Of a stretch of DNA of 64,000 nucleotides, positions 41,753-50,844 are shown piece by piece. Below the pieces are notes generated by a model that saw only the letters and a program-made list of their open reading frames with translations, was not told the DNA's origin and searched no databases. The DNA comes from an uncultured bacterium (GTDB lineage Bacteria > Acidobacteriota > Thermoanaerobaculia > Multivoradales > JAHZIX01). A program made the translations under genes and the position numbers. The stretch spans positions 50,352 to 114,351 of the forward strand of contig CBDUPA010000021.1 of the NCBI GenBank assembly GCA_965368975.1. Direction: 5' to 3'. Positions within the stretch are counted from its first letter, which is position 1. Every line of letters starts with the position of its first letter.

Positions 41753-42700
41753 TCACCCCCGGTGGCGCAGCAACCAGTGCAGCACCTGCGCCTCCGCCGA
41801 CCCTGGCGCCGCGCCCAGCCCCAGGTCGAGGTGGCGCGGAAAGCCGAGATGGCCACCGCGGTCCGTCCAGCACACCTCCAGGTGTCTGCTGCCGCGCTCC
41901 AGGTACGGCTTCACCGTCTCTGCCAGCACCATCGGGTCCGCCTCGGACCCCACATACAGCGTCGGCACCCGCAACCGTTCCAGGTGCGGTGCCACGCTGA
42001 CCTGGCGGTAATAGTCCTCAGCTCCTTCGAAGCCATGGCGTGGTGCCACGATGAGGTCGTCCCAGTCCCACAGCGACCTCACCTGCTCCGCCTGCTCCAT
42101 CGGCACCGGCACCGGCCCCCTCGCCGCCACCTCACGGTAGATGTTGCGCAGCCCGATCAGCAAGAAGCGCTGGTAGGCCGCCATGTACCACTGCTTGTAG
42201 GTCTCTGCCGAGAGCTCCAGGTCGACCGGCGACGCCAGGGTCGCCACCGCCCGCACCCGCGGATCGTGGGACTCGACGGCCCAGCGCAGTACCACGTGGC
42301 CACCCAAGGAGTAGCCGAAGAAGTAGATGTCCTCGTACACCGCCAGCTGCGGGCAAGCCAGGGGGGCATCGAGATCGGCGATCAGCCCGGCGTGGTAGAA
42401 GTCCTCCCCCAGCCGGTCGGCCCCGCGCAGGTTGAGCAGCAAGCACGCTAGGCCCGCCTCGCGCGCCGCCCATACCGCCCGGGCCAGATAAGGGCTGCGC
42501 ACCGACCCGCCGAGCCCGTGGATTACCACGAACAGCCCGGTCGCATCCTGCACCTCGAACAACCTCCCCGTCAGCCGCACCATCCCTTGCCGCGCGTCCG
42601 GCACGACCGTCGACCACTCCGTCCACGGCGGCAGCGGCGGCGGCCACAGGCGGCCGTGGAGGCGAGGCAAGATGGTCCAGAGGTGTCCGCTGACTGCCAT
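41753..42700 (-). CDS. YheT-family alpha/beta hydrolase
   Basis: HGLGGS, FYHAG, GYSLGG, DPMV, GGHLGF. Confidence 0.88.
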   Translation of the reverse strand: MAVSGHLWTILPRLHGRLWPPPLPPWTEWSTVVPDARQGMVRLTGRLFEVQDATGLFVVIHGLGGSVRSPYLARAVWAAREAGLACLLLNLRGADRLGEDFYHAGLIADLDAPLACPQLAVYEDIYFFGYSLGGHVVLRWAVESHDPRVRAVATLASPVDLELSAETYKQWYMAAYQRFLLIGLRNIYREVAARGPVPVPMEQAEQVRSLWDWDDLIVAPRHGFEGAEDYYRQVSVAPHLERLRVPTLYVGSEADPMVLAETVKPYLERGSRHLEVCWTDRGGHLGFPRHLDLGLGAAPGSAEAQVLHWLLRHRG

Positions 42701-42777
42701 TGAAGGGTCCGTCTCGAGTCGTAGGGCGGGAAGACTTGTGCGGCGGGAAGAATAGCAGGGCAAGGCGCACACGGAAA

Positions 42778-42807
42778 CAGGCCGCCACACCGAAGCGCGG
42801 CGGCCTG
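42778..42807 (-). terminator. Hairpin 3' of precursor peptide 1
   Basis: CAGGCCGCC...GGCGGCCTG followed by TTTCC on the minus strand. Duplicated at 43238. Confidence 0.6.
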
Positions 42808-42840
42808 CATCCTTTCAGAGGGAAGCGAGGAAGGAAGATC

Positions 42841-43044
42841 TCACCAGGTCGGCGTGAAGGTGGTCGGGCAGCCGACCGACTCGTTGTGCACGCAGTCCGG
42901 GGAAATGGTGGTCACAACGCACTTGTAGCCTTCGGTGAAGTCGATTGGAATGGCACCACCGACCTGGTGCATTGTATCCTCCTCAAGAGCCAGCAGGGTG
43001 TCCTTGCGAAGCCGCAACCTTCGAATACTGATCCGCTTCTTCAT
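42841..43044 (-). CDS. RiPP-like precursor peptide 1 (double-glycine leader, Cys/Thr-rich core)
   Basis: MKKRISIRRLRLRKDTLLALEEDTMHQVGG|AIPIDFTEGYKCVVTTISPDCVHNESVGCPTTFTPTW. GGAG RBS. Confidence 0.8.
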   Translation of the reverse strand: MKKRISIRRLRLRKDTLLALEEDTMHQVGGAIPIDFTEGYKCVVTTISPDCVHNESVGCPTTFTPTW

Positions 43045-43228
43045 GATGTACTCCAGTTCTCATGGGTATCAGGAACCATCGTCCCGAGAATCTTGCCAAA
43101 CTCGGCCTTGTCTTAAGTAAGAACTCTAACAGACATATCATAGTAATTCCCGAACTCTCCATCAGAATTCAGTAAGAAGGCTAGCGCAGTTCATCCGGAC
43201 AGCAAATCGCCAGCTTGCATGAACACGA

Positions 43229-43277
43229 AGCAAGCTACAGGCCGCCACACCGAAGCGCGGCGGCCTGTAGCTTGCAT
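43229..43277 (-). terminator. Extended hairpin 3' of precursor peptide 2
   Basis: GCAAGCTACAGGCCGCC...GGCGGCCTGTAGCTTGC, 17-bp stem. Confidence 0.65.
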
Positions 43278-43306
43278 CCTCTCAAGGGAAGCGAGGAAGG
43301 AGGATT

Positions 43307-43525
43307 TCACCAGGTCGGCGTAAAGGTGGTCGGGCAGCCGACCGACTCGTTGTGCACGCAGTCCGGGGAAATGGTGGTCGCGATGCACACGGCGTCCTCG
43401 GTCCACTGGTCACAGATCGGATGGCCGCTGGTGCCGCCGTTGACACCCGCCATGCCGTTCTCGGTGATGGCCAGCAGGGTGTCCTTGCGCAGCTGTAGCT
43501 TCCGGGCGATGTTCCGCTTCTTCAT
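43307..43525 (-). CDS. RiPP-like precursor peptide 2
   Basis: MKKRNIARKLQLRKDTLLAITENGMAGVNGG|TSGHPICDQWTEDAVCIATTISPDCVHNESVGCPTTFTPTW. GGAG RBS; alternative ATG at 43531. Confidence 0.8.
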   Translation of the reverse strand: MKKRNIARKLQLRKDTLLAITENGMAGVNGGTSGHPICDQWTEDAVCIATTISPDCVHNESVGCPTTFTPTW

Positions 43526-43959
43526 GGTCATGTTCTCCAAGTAGCGATGGGAGTCGAGCTCCCGAATAGGGGGTTACCCTTGGGTGGGTAGTACGACTGA
43601 CTGGTACGGTTGGCGCAGTGGAAGGTTCTTTGGGATCAGATTTCTTTACATCGGGTAGAGCTGCGCGACAGGTCGTACCGATTCTCCTCGTCCTCGCACA
43701 TCCTAGGTGGAGCGGGGACCGCATCGCGCATGATGCCGAATGAGGGCGCCCCGCGGAAAGGAACCGTCGCATGAACAGGTACCTGTCGAACCGAGTGGCC
43801 CGTTGGGGGGCCGGTCCGTGGCTGGATCCAGATGGAGGCCGCCCAGGCAGTGGAGATCTCGGGCCGGGCCTTGGTTGGCTCCAATGGAGAATCACTGCGA
43901 AACGTCTAGACGTAGACTGAATGCGTGAACTCCGCCATCAATTAAGCGAGCCTCACCTC

Positions 43960-43999
43960 TAGTCCTGCAAAGACACGAGTAGTCCTGCAGAGACACTAG
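43960..43999. repeat. 20-bp direct repeat x2 upstream of the Zn-finger TPR gene
   Basis: TAGTCCTGCAAAGACACGAG / TAGTCCTGCAGAGACACTAG. Confidence 0.65.
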
Positions 44000-44129
44000 G
44001 ATCATCTCTCGCAGTAGTCGGTAGCGAGGCACAAGCCTCGCTACTGAATTTTTTAGCGTGGATGTCACGATTTCTCGTCTGCTCGCACTTTAGAGGCAAC
44101 CTAGACGAAAATCCAATCTTGGAGATACC

Positions 44130-45374
44130 ATGTACCATCTTCCTCGCGAGTTGTTCGAGGCTCATTTGGCAGGCGATATTTCCCCCAGAGAGCTTTCAAG
44201 ATTCCTGGCTGAACACCTGATAACCCTCTGCCCCTTGTGCGAAGCGGAGTTACGAGCGGTCCAGCGGAGTCTGGACAATCAAGATCATGGGCAACGAGGG
44301 GAGCCGAAGCCAAGTCCCGAGGATTGGCACCAAGCGCGCAAGTGGATGGAGGAGTTACAGCGGGATCCGATCTCGATCTGGGCGGGCAAGGTTGCCAGAG
44401 CGAGGAAGCGTTTTCGCGGCCCTGCATTCGCCGAACTCATGCTAGAGCAGGCCAGGTTATATCCTGAGAATGCCCTGGAAACTACAACCTGCGCACAGAT
44501 GGCCCTCCCCCGGCAAGGATTTGCCAGTACACGCATTGATGCTATGGCCTGCGCACTGCAGATGAACGCCTATCGCGTGCAGGGCAGCTACGACCGGGCA
44601 CAACAGTACCTGGATCTACTGCCAGCCCTCCTGAATGGAGTCACGAACCCGGCCTGCCAGGCCGAGGCCGCAAGCCTGATTGGCTCTCTCCTCATCGACC
44701 TACGTCATTTCAGCAAGGCGAAGCAGCATCTGAGCTACGCTGCAATTCTCTCCAAGCACATCCTGCGAGACAGTGAACTCAGCGCCAGGACGGCAATCAA
44801 GATATCTGGCATCCACTACTACCAGCGCCAGTGGGACCAGGCTCTGAACGCTCTTCTGCCGGCTTTCCAAGATGTGCAGGAAGAAGAAACACCCCGCATT
44901 TACTTCATCTTGCGCTACAACCTGGCGATGCTCTTCTGCGCAATGAACCATCCAGACGCTGCGCTGGAGCTTCTCCCCGAGGTACAAGCAGGCTTGCGGC
45001 AGCATGGCACCACCATCGACCAGAGGTCACTGCAGTGGCTGGAAGGTCGGATTCACGGGGGTCTGAGCGATCATCATCGCGCTTACCGACTGCTGACAGA
45101 TCTCCGGGATCAATACCTGCAAGAAGGGCAACATTTCTGTGCGGCGATCGTCGCCTGCGACATTTGCTGCCTGCATCTGGATCGAAATGAACTGGACGCC
45201 GCCGTGGAGATCTTGCAACCAGCCCTGTCGACCATGTGCCGCCACTCGCTGCACGAGGAAAGCGAACAGGTTGTGCGCGGCTTGCAGAACGCCCTGCTTC
45301 GAGGTGTATTGACGCTCACGACACTGAAGGCTGCCCTGCCCCACCTGGAACAGGCAGCTCGCGTCGTTCGCTAG
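44130..45374 (+). CDS. TPR protein with an N-terminal anti-sigma-like Zn finger
   Basis: H3...EHLITLCPLC (Hx4CxxC), then helical repeats (RYNLAMLF, LQWLEGRI, CAAIVACDIC). GGAG RBS. Confidence 0.75.
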   Translation: MYHLPRELFEAHLAGDISPRELSRFLAEHLITLCPLCEAELRAVQRSLDNQDHGQRGEPKPSPEDWHQARKWMEELQRDPISIWAGKVARARKRFRGPAFAELMLEQARLYPENALETTTCAQMALPRQGFASTRIDAMACALQMNAYRVQGSYDRAQQYLDLLPALLNGVTNPACQAEAASLIGSLLIDLRHFSKAKQHLSYAAILSKHILRDSELSARTAIKISGIHYYQRQWDQALNALLPAFQDVQEEETPRIYFILRYNLAMLFCAMNHPDAALELLPEVQAGLRQHGTTIDQRSLQWLEGRIHGGLSDHHRAYRLLTDLRDQYLQEGQHFCAAIVACDICCLHLDRNELDAAVEILQPALSTMCRHSLHEESEQVVRGLQNALLRGVLTLTTLKAALPHLEQAARVVR

Positions 45375-45637
45375 TCTTGGCCCAGATCCGCGACGCATCT
45401 AGCATTCCGTATCACGGTGACGGAGTCAGGTCCCCGATGGCTTGGTGCAACCTTGTTGGACGGAATCACAGATCCTTGATCGGGTAGGAACCCGGCATGG
45501 TTCGGAGACGAAGGGTGATTCTGGAGCCGGGGCTGGGGGTGGGGGATGGGGCTGGGGGGTGGCGATTGGGTGGTTTGTTGTTGGGGCGGATGGGATAGGC
45601 GCCGCGGGCGTGTCGACTTGGGATGCGAGGGTTGTGC

Positions 45638-45721
45638 TACCTCGGCGCGCTCAAACGGCTCGCGGTGCCCCTGCAACTGCTCCAGATCGCGGGCATCCTC
45701 ATGGCTGTAACTAACAAAGAC
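45638..45721 (-). pseudogene. Short TIR-domain N-terminal remnant
   Basis: VFVSYSHEDARDLEQLQGHREPFER matches the bacterial TIR start pattern VFISYSHxDxxxxxxLxxHLxPLxR. Nothing TIR-like follows. Confidence 0.5.
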
Positions 45722-45840
45722 CTCGGCCCAGCCACGGCACCCTCCTGCCAAGAGGCATTCAAACATTCACACAGATGTAGGCGGGAGCGATTGTATCGGA
45801 CGGGAAGCGGTGGACCAACTCTGACCCGCTCCCAGATACA

Positions 45841-45870
45841 CGAAAGCCCGGCAGAAACTGCCGGGCTTCG
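45841..45870 (-). terminator. Hairpin terminator of the M28 peptidase gene
   Basis: CGAAAGCCCGGCAG-AAA-CTGCCGGGCTTCG, 25 nt after the stop codon. Confidence 0.7.
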
Positions 45871-45895
45871 ATGTCTCGCGGGAGAGGCAGAAAAC

Positions 45896-48733
45896 CTACA
45901 TCCGCGACGGCTGCCCCAGCGTGACCTCCATCTCGACGCGCTCGCCATCGCGGACCACCACGGCCTTGGCCTTGGTGCCCGGCTCCGCGCGGCGCAGGAC
46001 GAACATCATGTCGTAGAGGTTCTTGATCTGCGTGCCGCCGAGTTCGACCAGGCGATCACCGCGTTGCATGCCGGCTTCGTCTGCAGGGCCGCCGGGGCGG
46101 ACGCCGGCGAAGAGGACGCCGGGCTCGTCGCTCTCGGAGTAGTCCGGGATGGAACCAAGCGAGGCGCCGGAGGAGCGGGTGTCACCGCGCGGTACGCGGG
46201 GCGGGGCACTACGGTAGGTGAGGAGTTCGTCGCGCGCGGCCAGGGTGCCGGAGAGGTCGGCGATGACGGCGGCGATCTGGGCGGCGCCGGAGGCGTTGAT
46301 GTGTTCGAGGTCGTCGGACGGACGGTGGTAGTCCTCATGGGTGCCGCTGAAGAAGTGCAGGACGGGAATACCGGCGGCGTAGAAGGGGGTCTGGTCGGAG
46401 CGGCCGTAGCCGGTGCCGCCGACGTCGCAGCGGACGCCGCGCGCGGTACAGATCGGGGCGACCAGGTCGCTCCACTCTTCGGCCGACTCACCACCCAGGA
46501 CGCTGACGACGTTGTTCTCCATGCGACCGACCATGTCGAGGTTGATCATGGCGACCAGGTTGTCGAGCTCGACACCGCCGGTGGGCTCTTTGCTGAAGTG
46601 CGTCGAGCCGAGCAGGCCGAGTTCTTCGCCGGCGAAGGCAACGAAGTAGACATCGCGCGGTAGCTCATCTTGACGCGCCATGAGATGACGCGCGATCTCG
46701 AGCAGGGCGGCGGTGCCGGAGGCGTTGTCGTCGGCACCGTTGTGAACTTCTTCGACGCCCGGGGCCAGCGAGCCTTCACCGCCGAGGCCGAGGTGGTCGT
46801 AGTGGGCGCCGATCAGGACCGCACCGGGCTTGCGGTCGACGGCCAGCGACGGCAGGCGACCGACGACGTTGTGCGCGGTGGAGTGGCGAACCTTGAGGTC
46901 GAGCTCGATGCTGGCGCTGGCGGTGCTACCGAAGAGGCCGGCACCGGCTTCACGCTTCAGGTAGAGCACCGGCATGTCGGCGGTGCCCTTGGCGTCGACA
47001 CGGCGGCGCGGAAAGGTGGCCTCTTCAGGCATCTCTTCGCCTTCGGCGAGCAGCGGAGCGTCGACGACGATCATGCCGGCGGCGCCCTTCTCGCGTGCGT
47101 TGAAGGCCTTGTAGCGCAGGTCGCTGTAACGACGCTGGTTCTCGGTGTCGTCGAAGGGTGCGGCTGTTGGCGCGAAGCGGCGCACCAGGACGATCTTCCC
47201 TGTGACGTCGAGACCTTCGTAGTCATCGACCTCCAGTTCGGGTGCGCTGATGCCATAGCCGACGTCGACCAGCTCACCCTCGACCTGACCGGTGCCAGAG
47301 AAAGCGGCGATCTGGTAGACGGAGGTCTCGATCTCGGTGCCATCGATGACCAGCGACTGCTGGAGCACGTCGACATCGGTCGGGATCTGGAAACGCTGCA
47401 GGAAGCCTTGCTCACCGGCCGGACGCAGGCCGACCCTCTGGAACTGGCGGCCCAGCCAGTCGGCCGAAGCGCGAAGGCCTTCGGTCTCGACGCCACGGCC
47501 CTGGCGCGCGTCGCTGGCCAGCCAGGCGATGTCGTCGTAGAGACGGTCGGCACCGGTCTCGAGCACCGGCCTGTTGGCGCGATCGAGCCAGCGGGCGAGG
47601 TAGATGTCCGTCTCGCCCGGCTTGCCCTGGTTACGGTTGGAGGCGAAGACGAGGTCGAGACCATCGTTGGGCGAGAACAGCGGGAACCCGTCGAAGCCCG
47701 GAGCGTAGGTGATGCGCTGTAGGTTGGTGCCGTTGAGATCGATCGCCCACAGGTCGAATTCGCGCTCGTCGTTGCCATAGTTGCTGGAGAAGATGATGCG
47801 GTCACCGGAGGGATAGAAGGACGGTGCGAAGGAAGCCGCCGCCAGGTAGGTGACCTGACGCGCATGCGTGCCGTCGGCGTTGGCGACCCAGATCTCCAGC
47901 TCGCCGGGGCGAATCAGCCCTTCCTTCAGCAACCGCTGGTAGTCCTGGCGCGAGGCGTCGTCGAAGAAGCGCGAGGCACGCCAGACGATCTGCGAGCAGT
48001 CGGGCGAGAAGAAGGCACCGCCGTCGTAGCCCAGGGTGTCGGTGAGCCGCTGCACGTTGCTGCCGTCGGCATCCATGCGATAGAGGTCGAGGTCGCCGTC
48101 GCGGGTCGAGGTGAAGACGACGGAACCGTCGATCGGGCACACCGTCGCCTCGGCGTCGTAGGCCTTGTTCTTGGTCAGGCGCACCACGTCGCTGCCGTCC
48201 GGCTTGGCGCTGTAGATCTCGTAGCTGTCGTAGATCGCCCAGACATAACCCTGGCTGTGATCCGGCGCCGGCGGGCACTTGCGGCTCTTGTCGTGGGTCG
48301 AGGCGTAGTAGATGCGCTCGCCTTCCGGGTAGCTGAAGTAGCCGCAGGTGGTACGGCCTTCGCCGGTCGACACCAGCGTCGCTTGCCCTGCCCGCAGCGA
48401 CGACATGCGGAAGATCTGGTCACACTCGTAGCCGGGGCGGGTGGATTGGAAGATGAGGTAGCGAGCGTCAGGGGACCAGTAGGCCTCGGCGTTCTCCCCG
48501 CCATAGGTCATCTGACGCACCTGGGAGAGGTGCACCTCTCGCGGATCTCGCAGCCGCCCGGACGCTTCGAACGCGACACGTGCGGTCTCTTCATCGATCT
48601 CCGACGGGTTGGCCAGCGGTGCGGCCTCGATCAGCGAGTCGAGATAGAGAGCCGACGGGTACGGCACGGTGGCCAAGAGGCCGACGGAAAGGGAGGCGAA
48701 GGTGAGGATCCGGAACAAGTGGCGCGACTGCAT
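45896..48733 (-). CDS. Secreted fusion of TolB-like PD40 propeller, PA domain, M28 peptidase and PDZ
   Basis: GGENAEAYWSPD, GYDGGAFFSPD repeats, DVTGKIVLV, GAHYDHLG, NGADDNASG, GEELGLLGS, NLDMVGR, DYHRPSD, PDZ GGPADEAGMQRGD. Confidence 0.92.
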   Translation of the reverse strand: MQSRHLFRILTFASLSVGLLATVPYPSALYLDSLIEAAPLANPSEIDEETARVAFEASGRLRDPREVHLSQVRQMTYGGENAEAYWSPDARYLIFQSTRPGYECDQIFRMSSLRAGQATLVSTGEGRTTCGYFSYPEGERIYYASTHDKSRKCPPAPDHSQGYVWAIYDSYEIYSAKPDGSDVVRLTKNKAYDAEATVCPIDGSVVFTSTRDGDLDLYRMDADGSNVQRLTDTLGYDGGAFFSPDCSQIVWRASRFFDDASRQDYQRLLKEGLIRPGELEIWVANADGTHARQVTYLAAASFAPSFYPSGDRIIFSSNYGNDEREFDLWAIDLNGTNLQRITYAPGFDGFPLFSPNDGLDLVFASNRNQGKPGETDIYLARWLDRANRPVLETGADRLYDDIAWLASDARQGRGVETEGLRASADWLGRQFQRVGLRPAGEQGFLQRFQIPTDVDVLQQSLVIDGTEIETSVYQIAAFSGTGQVEGELVDVGYGISAPELEVDDYEGLDVTGKIVLVRRFAPTAAPFDDTENQRRYSDLRYKAFNAREKGAAGMIVVDAPLLAEGEEMPEEATFPRRRVDAKGTADMPVLYLKREAGAGLFGSTASASIELDLKVRHSTAHNVVGRLPSLAVDRKPGAVLIGAHYDHLGLGGEGSLAPGVEEVHNGADDNASGTAALLEIARHLMARQDELPRDVYFVAFAGEELGLLGSTHFSKEPTGGVELDNLVAMINLDMVGRMENNVVSVLGGESAEEWSDLVAPICTARGVRCDVGGTGYGRSDQTPFYAAGIPVLHFFSGTHEDYHRPSDDLEHINASGAAQIAAVIADLSGTLAARDELLTYRSAPPRVPRGDTRSSGASLGSIPDYSESDEPGVLFAGVRPGGPADEAGMQRGDRLVELGGTQIKNLYDMMFVLRRAEPGTKAKAVVVRDGERVEMEVTLGQPSRM

Positions 48734-48908
48734 TGGCGATGTCTCCGTTACTGCTGCGGTGAGGGCTTGGCGGGATGGGGCCGAAGGGGCCCGAGGTGGA
48801 GGTTTCATATTAGCAGATGCCGTGCGGCGCCTCCGTTCGACACCTCGGTCGTGCCGATCGCGGCTCTCCCGCACTCCGGTCGAGCAACGGTTCGGGTAGA
48901 GTGAAGAT

Positions 48909-50087
48909 ATGAGCAAAGGGCTGATTCGCGTGCTCGTCCTCCTGGCTGTGGTAGCAGCGGCCTGGTGGCTGCGGTCCACGTGGTTGCAGCCACGGCCGGT
49001 GACCGTGCAGGTGGTGACGGTGACCCCCGGAGCCGTGGAGGCGATCGTGACGAATTCACGTGCTGGCACAGTCAAGGCCCGGCAGCGCGCACGCCTGTCC
49101 CCCGAGGTCGGGGGACGGGTGGTCCACTTGCCCTATCGGGAGGGCGCCCAGGTTGCTGCCGGTGAGGTCGTGCTGCGGCTGGACGATGCCCTACCGCGCG
49201 CACGGCTCGACCTGGCACGCAGCGACCTGGCGACGGCGGTAGCGCAGCGCGACGGTGCCTGCCTGGAGAACCGGCGCGCCGAGCGTGAGGCGGTGCGCAT
49301 CCGTGCCCTGGCGGCGGACGGCATCGTCTCGACCGACGCGCTCGACGCCATCGACACCAAGGTCGAGAGCACGCTCGCCGTGTGTACCGCCTCGGAAGCC
49401 GCAGTGCGGCGGGCGCGCGACGCGGTAGCGCTACAGCAGACGGAGGTCCAGCGCTTCGAGCTGCGTGCGCCCTTCGCGGGCATCGTGGCCGAGCTGTCGA
49501 TCGAGATCGGCGAGTGGACGACGCCCTCGCCGCCCGCAATGCCAGTGCCGGCGGTGATCGACATTCTGGACCCAGCGTCGATCTACATCAGCGCACCAAT
49601 GGACGAGGTCGACTCGGCCCGCATCCATCCCGGACAACCCGTGCGGGTGAGCGTCGACTCACACCGAGGCGAGACCTTCGAGGGCACCGTCGAGCGAGTG
49701 GCCCCCTACGTGCTGGACGTCGAAGAGCAGAACCGGACGGTCGAGATCGAGGTCGCGCTGCGAGATCGGGACCTCGCCGCGACGCTGCTGCCCGGCACCT
49801 CGGCCGACGTCGAAGTCATCCTGGAGTCCCGACCGGACGTGCTGCGGCTGCCAACGTCGGCGGTGCAGGGAGGACGTCAGGTGCTGGTGTGGGTTGCCGC
49901 GGACGATGGAACGGACAGAGACGGCGACCTCGGCCGCTTGGAGGAACGCGCGGTGACCACCGGCCTGCGCAACTGGGAGTGGGTCGAGATCACCAGCGGC
50001 GTGACGGCTGGCGAGCGGGTGGTGGCGGTGATCGATGGTCCCGAGATCGTCGCGGGCGTGCCGGCCCTGGCACACGAGACCCCATGA
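48909..50087 (+). CDS. Efflux periplasmic adaptor (MacA-like MFP)
   Basis: N-terminal anchor, LSPEVGGRV, helical hairpin, LRAPFAGIV, TGLRNWEWVEITSG. Confidence 0.9.
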   Translation: MSKGLIRVLVLLAVVAAAWWLRSTWLQPRPVTVQVVTVTPGAVEAIVTNSRAGTVKARQRARLSPEVGGRVVHLPYREGAQVAAGEVVLRLDDALPRARLDLARSDLATAVAQRDGACLENRRAEREAVRIRALAADGIVSTDALDAIDTKVESTLAVCTASEAAVRRARDAVALQQTEVQRFELRAPFAGIVAELSIEIGEWTTPSPPAMPVPAVIDILDPASIYISAPMDEVDSARIHPGQPVRVSVDSHRGETFEGTVERVAPYVLDVEEQNRTVEIEVALRDRDLAATLLPGTSADVEVILESRPDVLRLPTSAVQGGRQVLVWVAADDGTDRDGDLGRLEERAVTTGLRNWEWVEITSGVTAGERVVAVIDGPEIVAGVPALAHETP

Positions 50088-50131
50088 TCGAGCTGGAAGA
50101 TGATTGAGCTAGAGCATGATTGAGCTGGTAC
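50084..50131. repeat. 16-bp tandem triplication of the ABC ATPase start
   Basis: ATGATCGAGCTGGAAG / ATGATTGAGCTAGAGC / ATGATTGAGCTGGTAC. Confidence 0.75.
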
Positions 50132-50844
50132 ACCTGGCACGGACCTTCGAGGTCGGCGACGAGGAGGTGCACGCGCTGGTCGACGTCAGCGAGACGATCG
50201 CGGCCGGTGAGCACGTCGCGATCATGGGACCCTCTGGCTCCGGCAAGTCGACGCTGCTCAACCTGCTCGGCTGCCTCGACCGCCCCACTTCCGGTAGCTA
50301 TCGCCTCGACGGCCGCGAGGTGAGCCGGCTGAGCGAGTCCGAGTTGACCCGCGTGCGGCGGCACCAGATCGGCTTCGTCTTCCAGAGCTTCCACCTGGTG
50401 CCACGCTTGACGGCGCTCGAGAACGTCGAGCTGCCGCTGCTGTTCGCCGGCATCCGCCGCGGTGAACGGCGCAAGCGGGCCGAGCGTGCACTCGACGCCG
50501 TGGCACTCTCCGACCGGCTCGACCACCGCCCCGACCAGCTCTCCGGCGGCCAGCGTCAGCGCGTGGCCCTGGCGCGCGCCACCGTCACCCAGCCGCGCAT
50601 CCTGCTCGCCGACGAGCCCACCGGCAATCTGGACACCGCTTCCGGTGACCAGGTACTCACCCTGCTCATTGGACTGCAGCAACAAGGTTTGACACTGATC
50701 GTGGTCACCCACGATCCGCACGTCGCCCGGCGCGCCGATCGCGTGCTGGTGCTGGTCGACGGCCTGGTGGGCCGCCGCCTTGCCGGCCACGAGGTGCGGG
50801 ACACCCTGGTTGCGGATGCGGCGGGTACGCGGGAGCCGGCATGA
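50116..50844 (+). CDS. ABC ATP-binding protein (MacB/LolD type)
   Basis: GPSGSGKST, IGFVFQSF, LSGGQRQRV, LADEPTGNLD, VTHD. Confidence 0.94.
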   Translation: MIELVHLARTFEVGDEEVHALVDVSETIAAGEHVAIMGPSGSGKSTLLNLLGCLDRPTSGSYRLDGREVSRLSESELTRVRRHQIGFVFQSFHLVPRLTALENVELPLLFAGIRRGERRKRAERALDAVALSDRLDHRPDQLSGGQRQRVALARATVTQPRILLADEPTGNLDTASGDQVLTLLIGLQQQGLTLIVVTHDPHVARRADRVLVLVDGLVGRRLAGHEVRDTLVADAAGTREPA

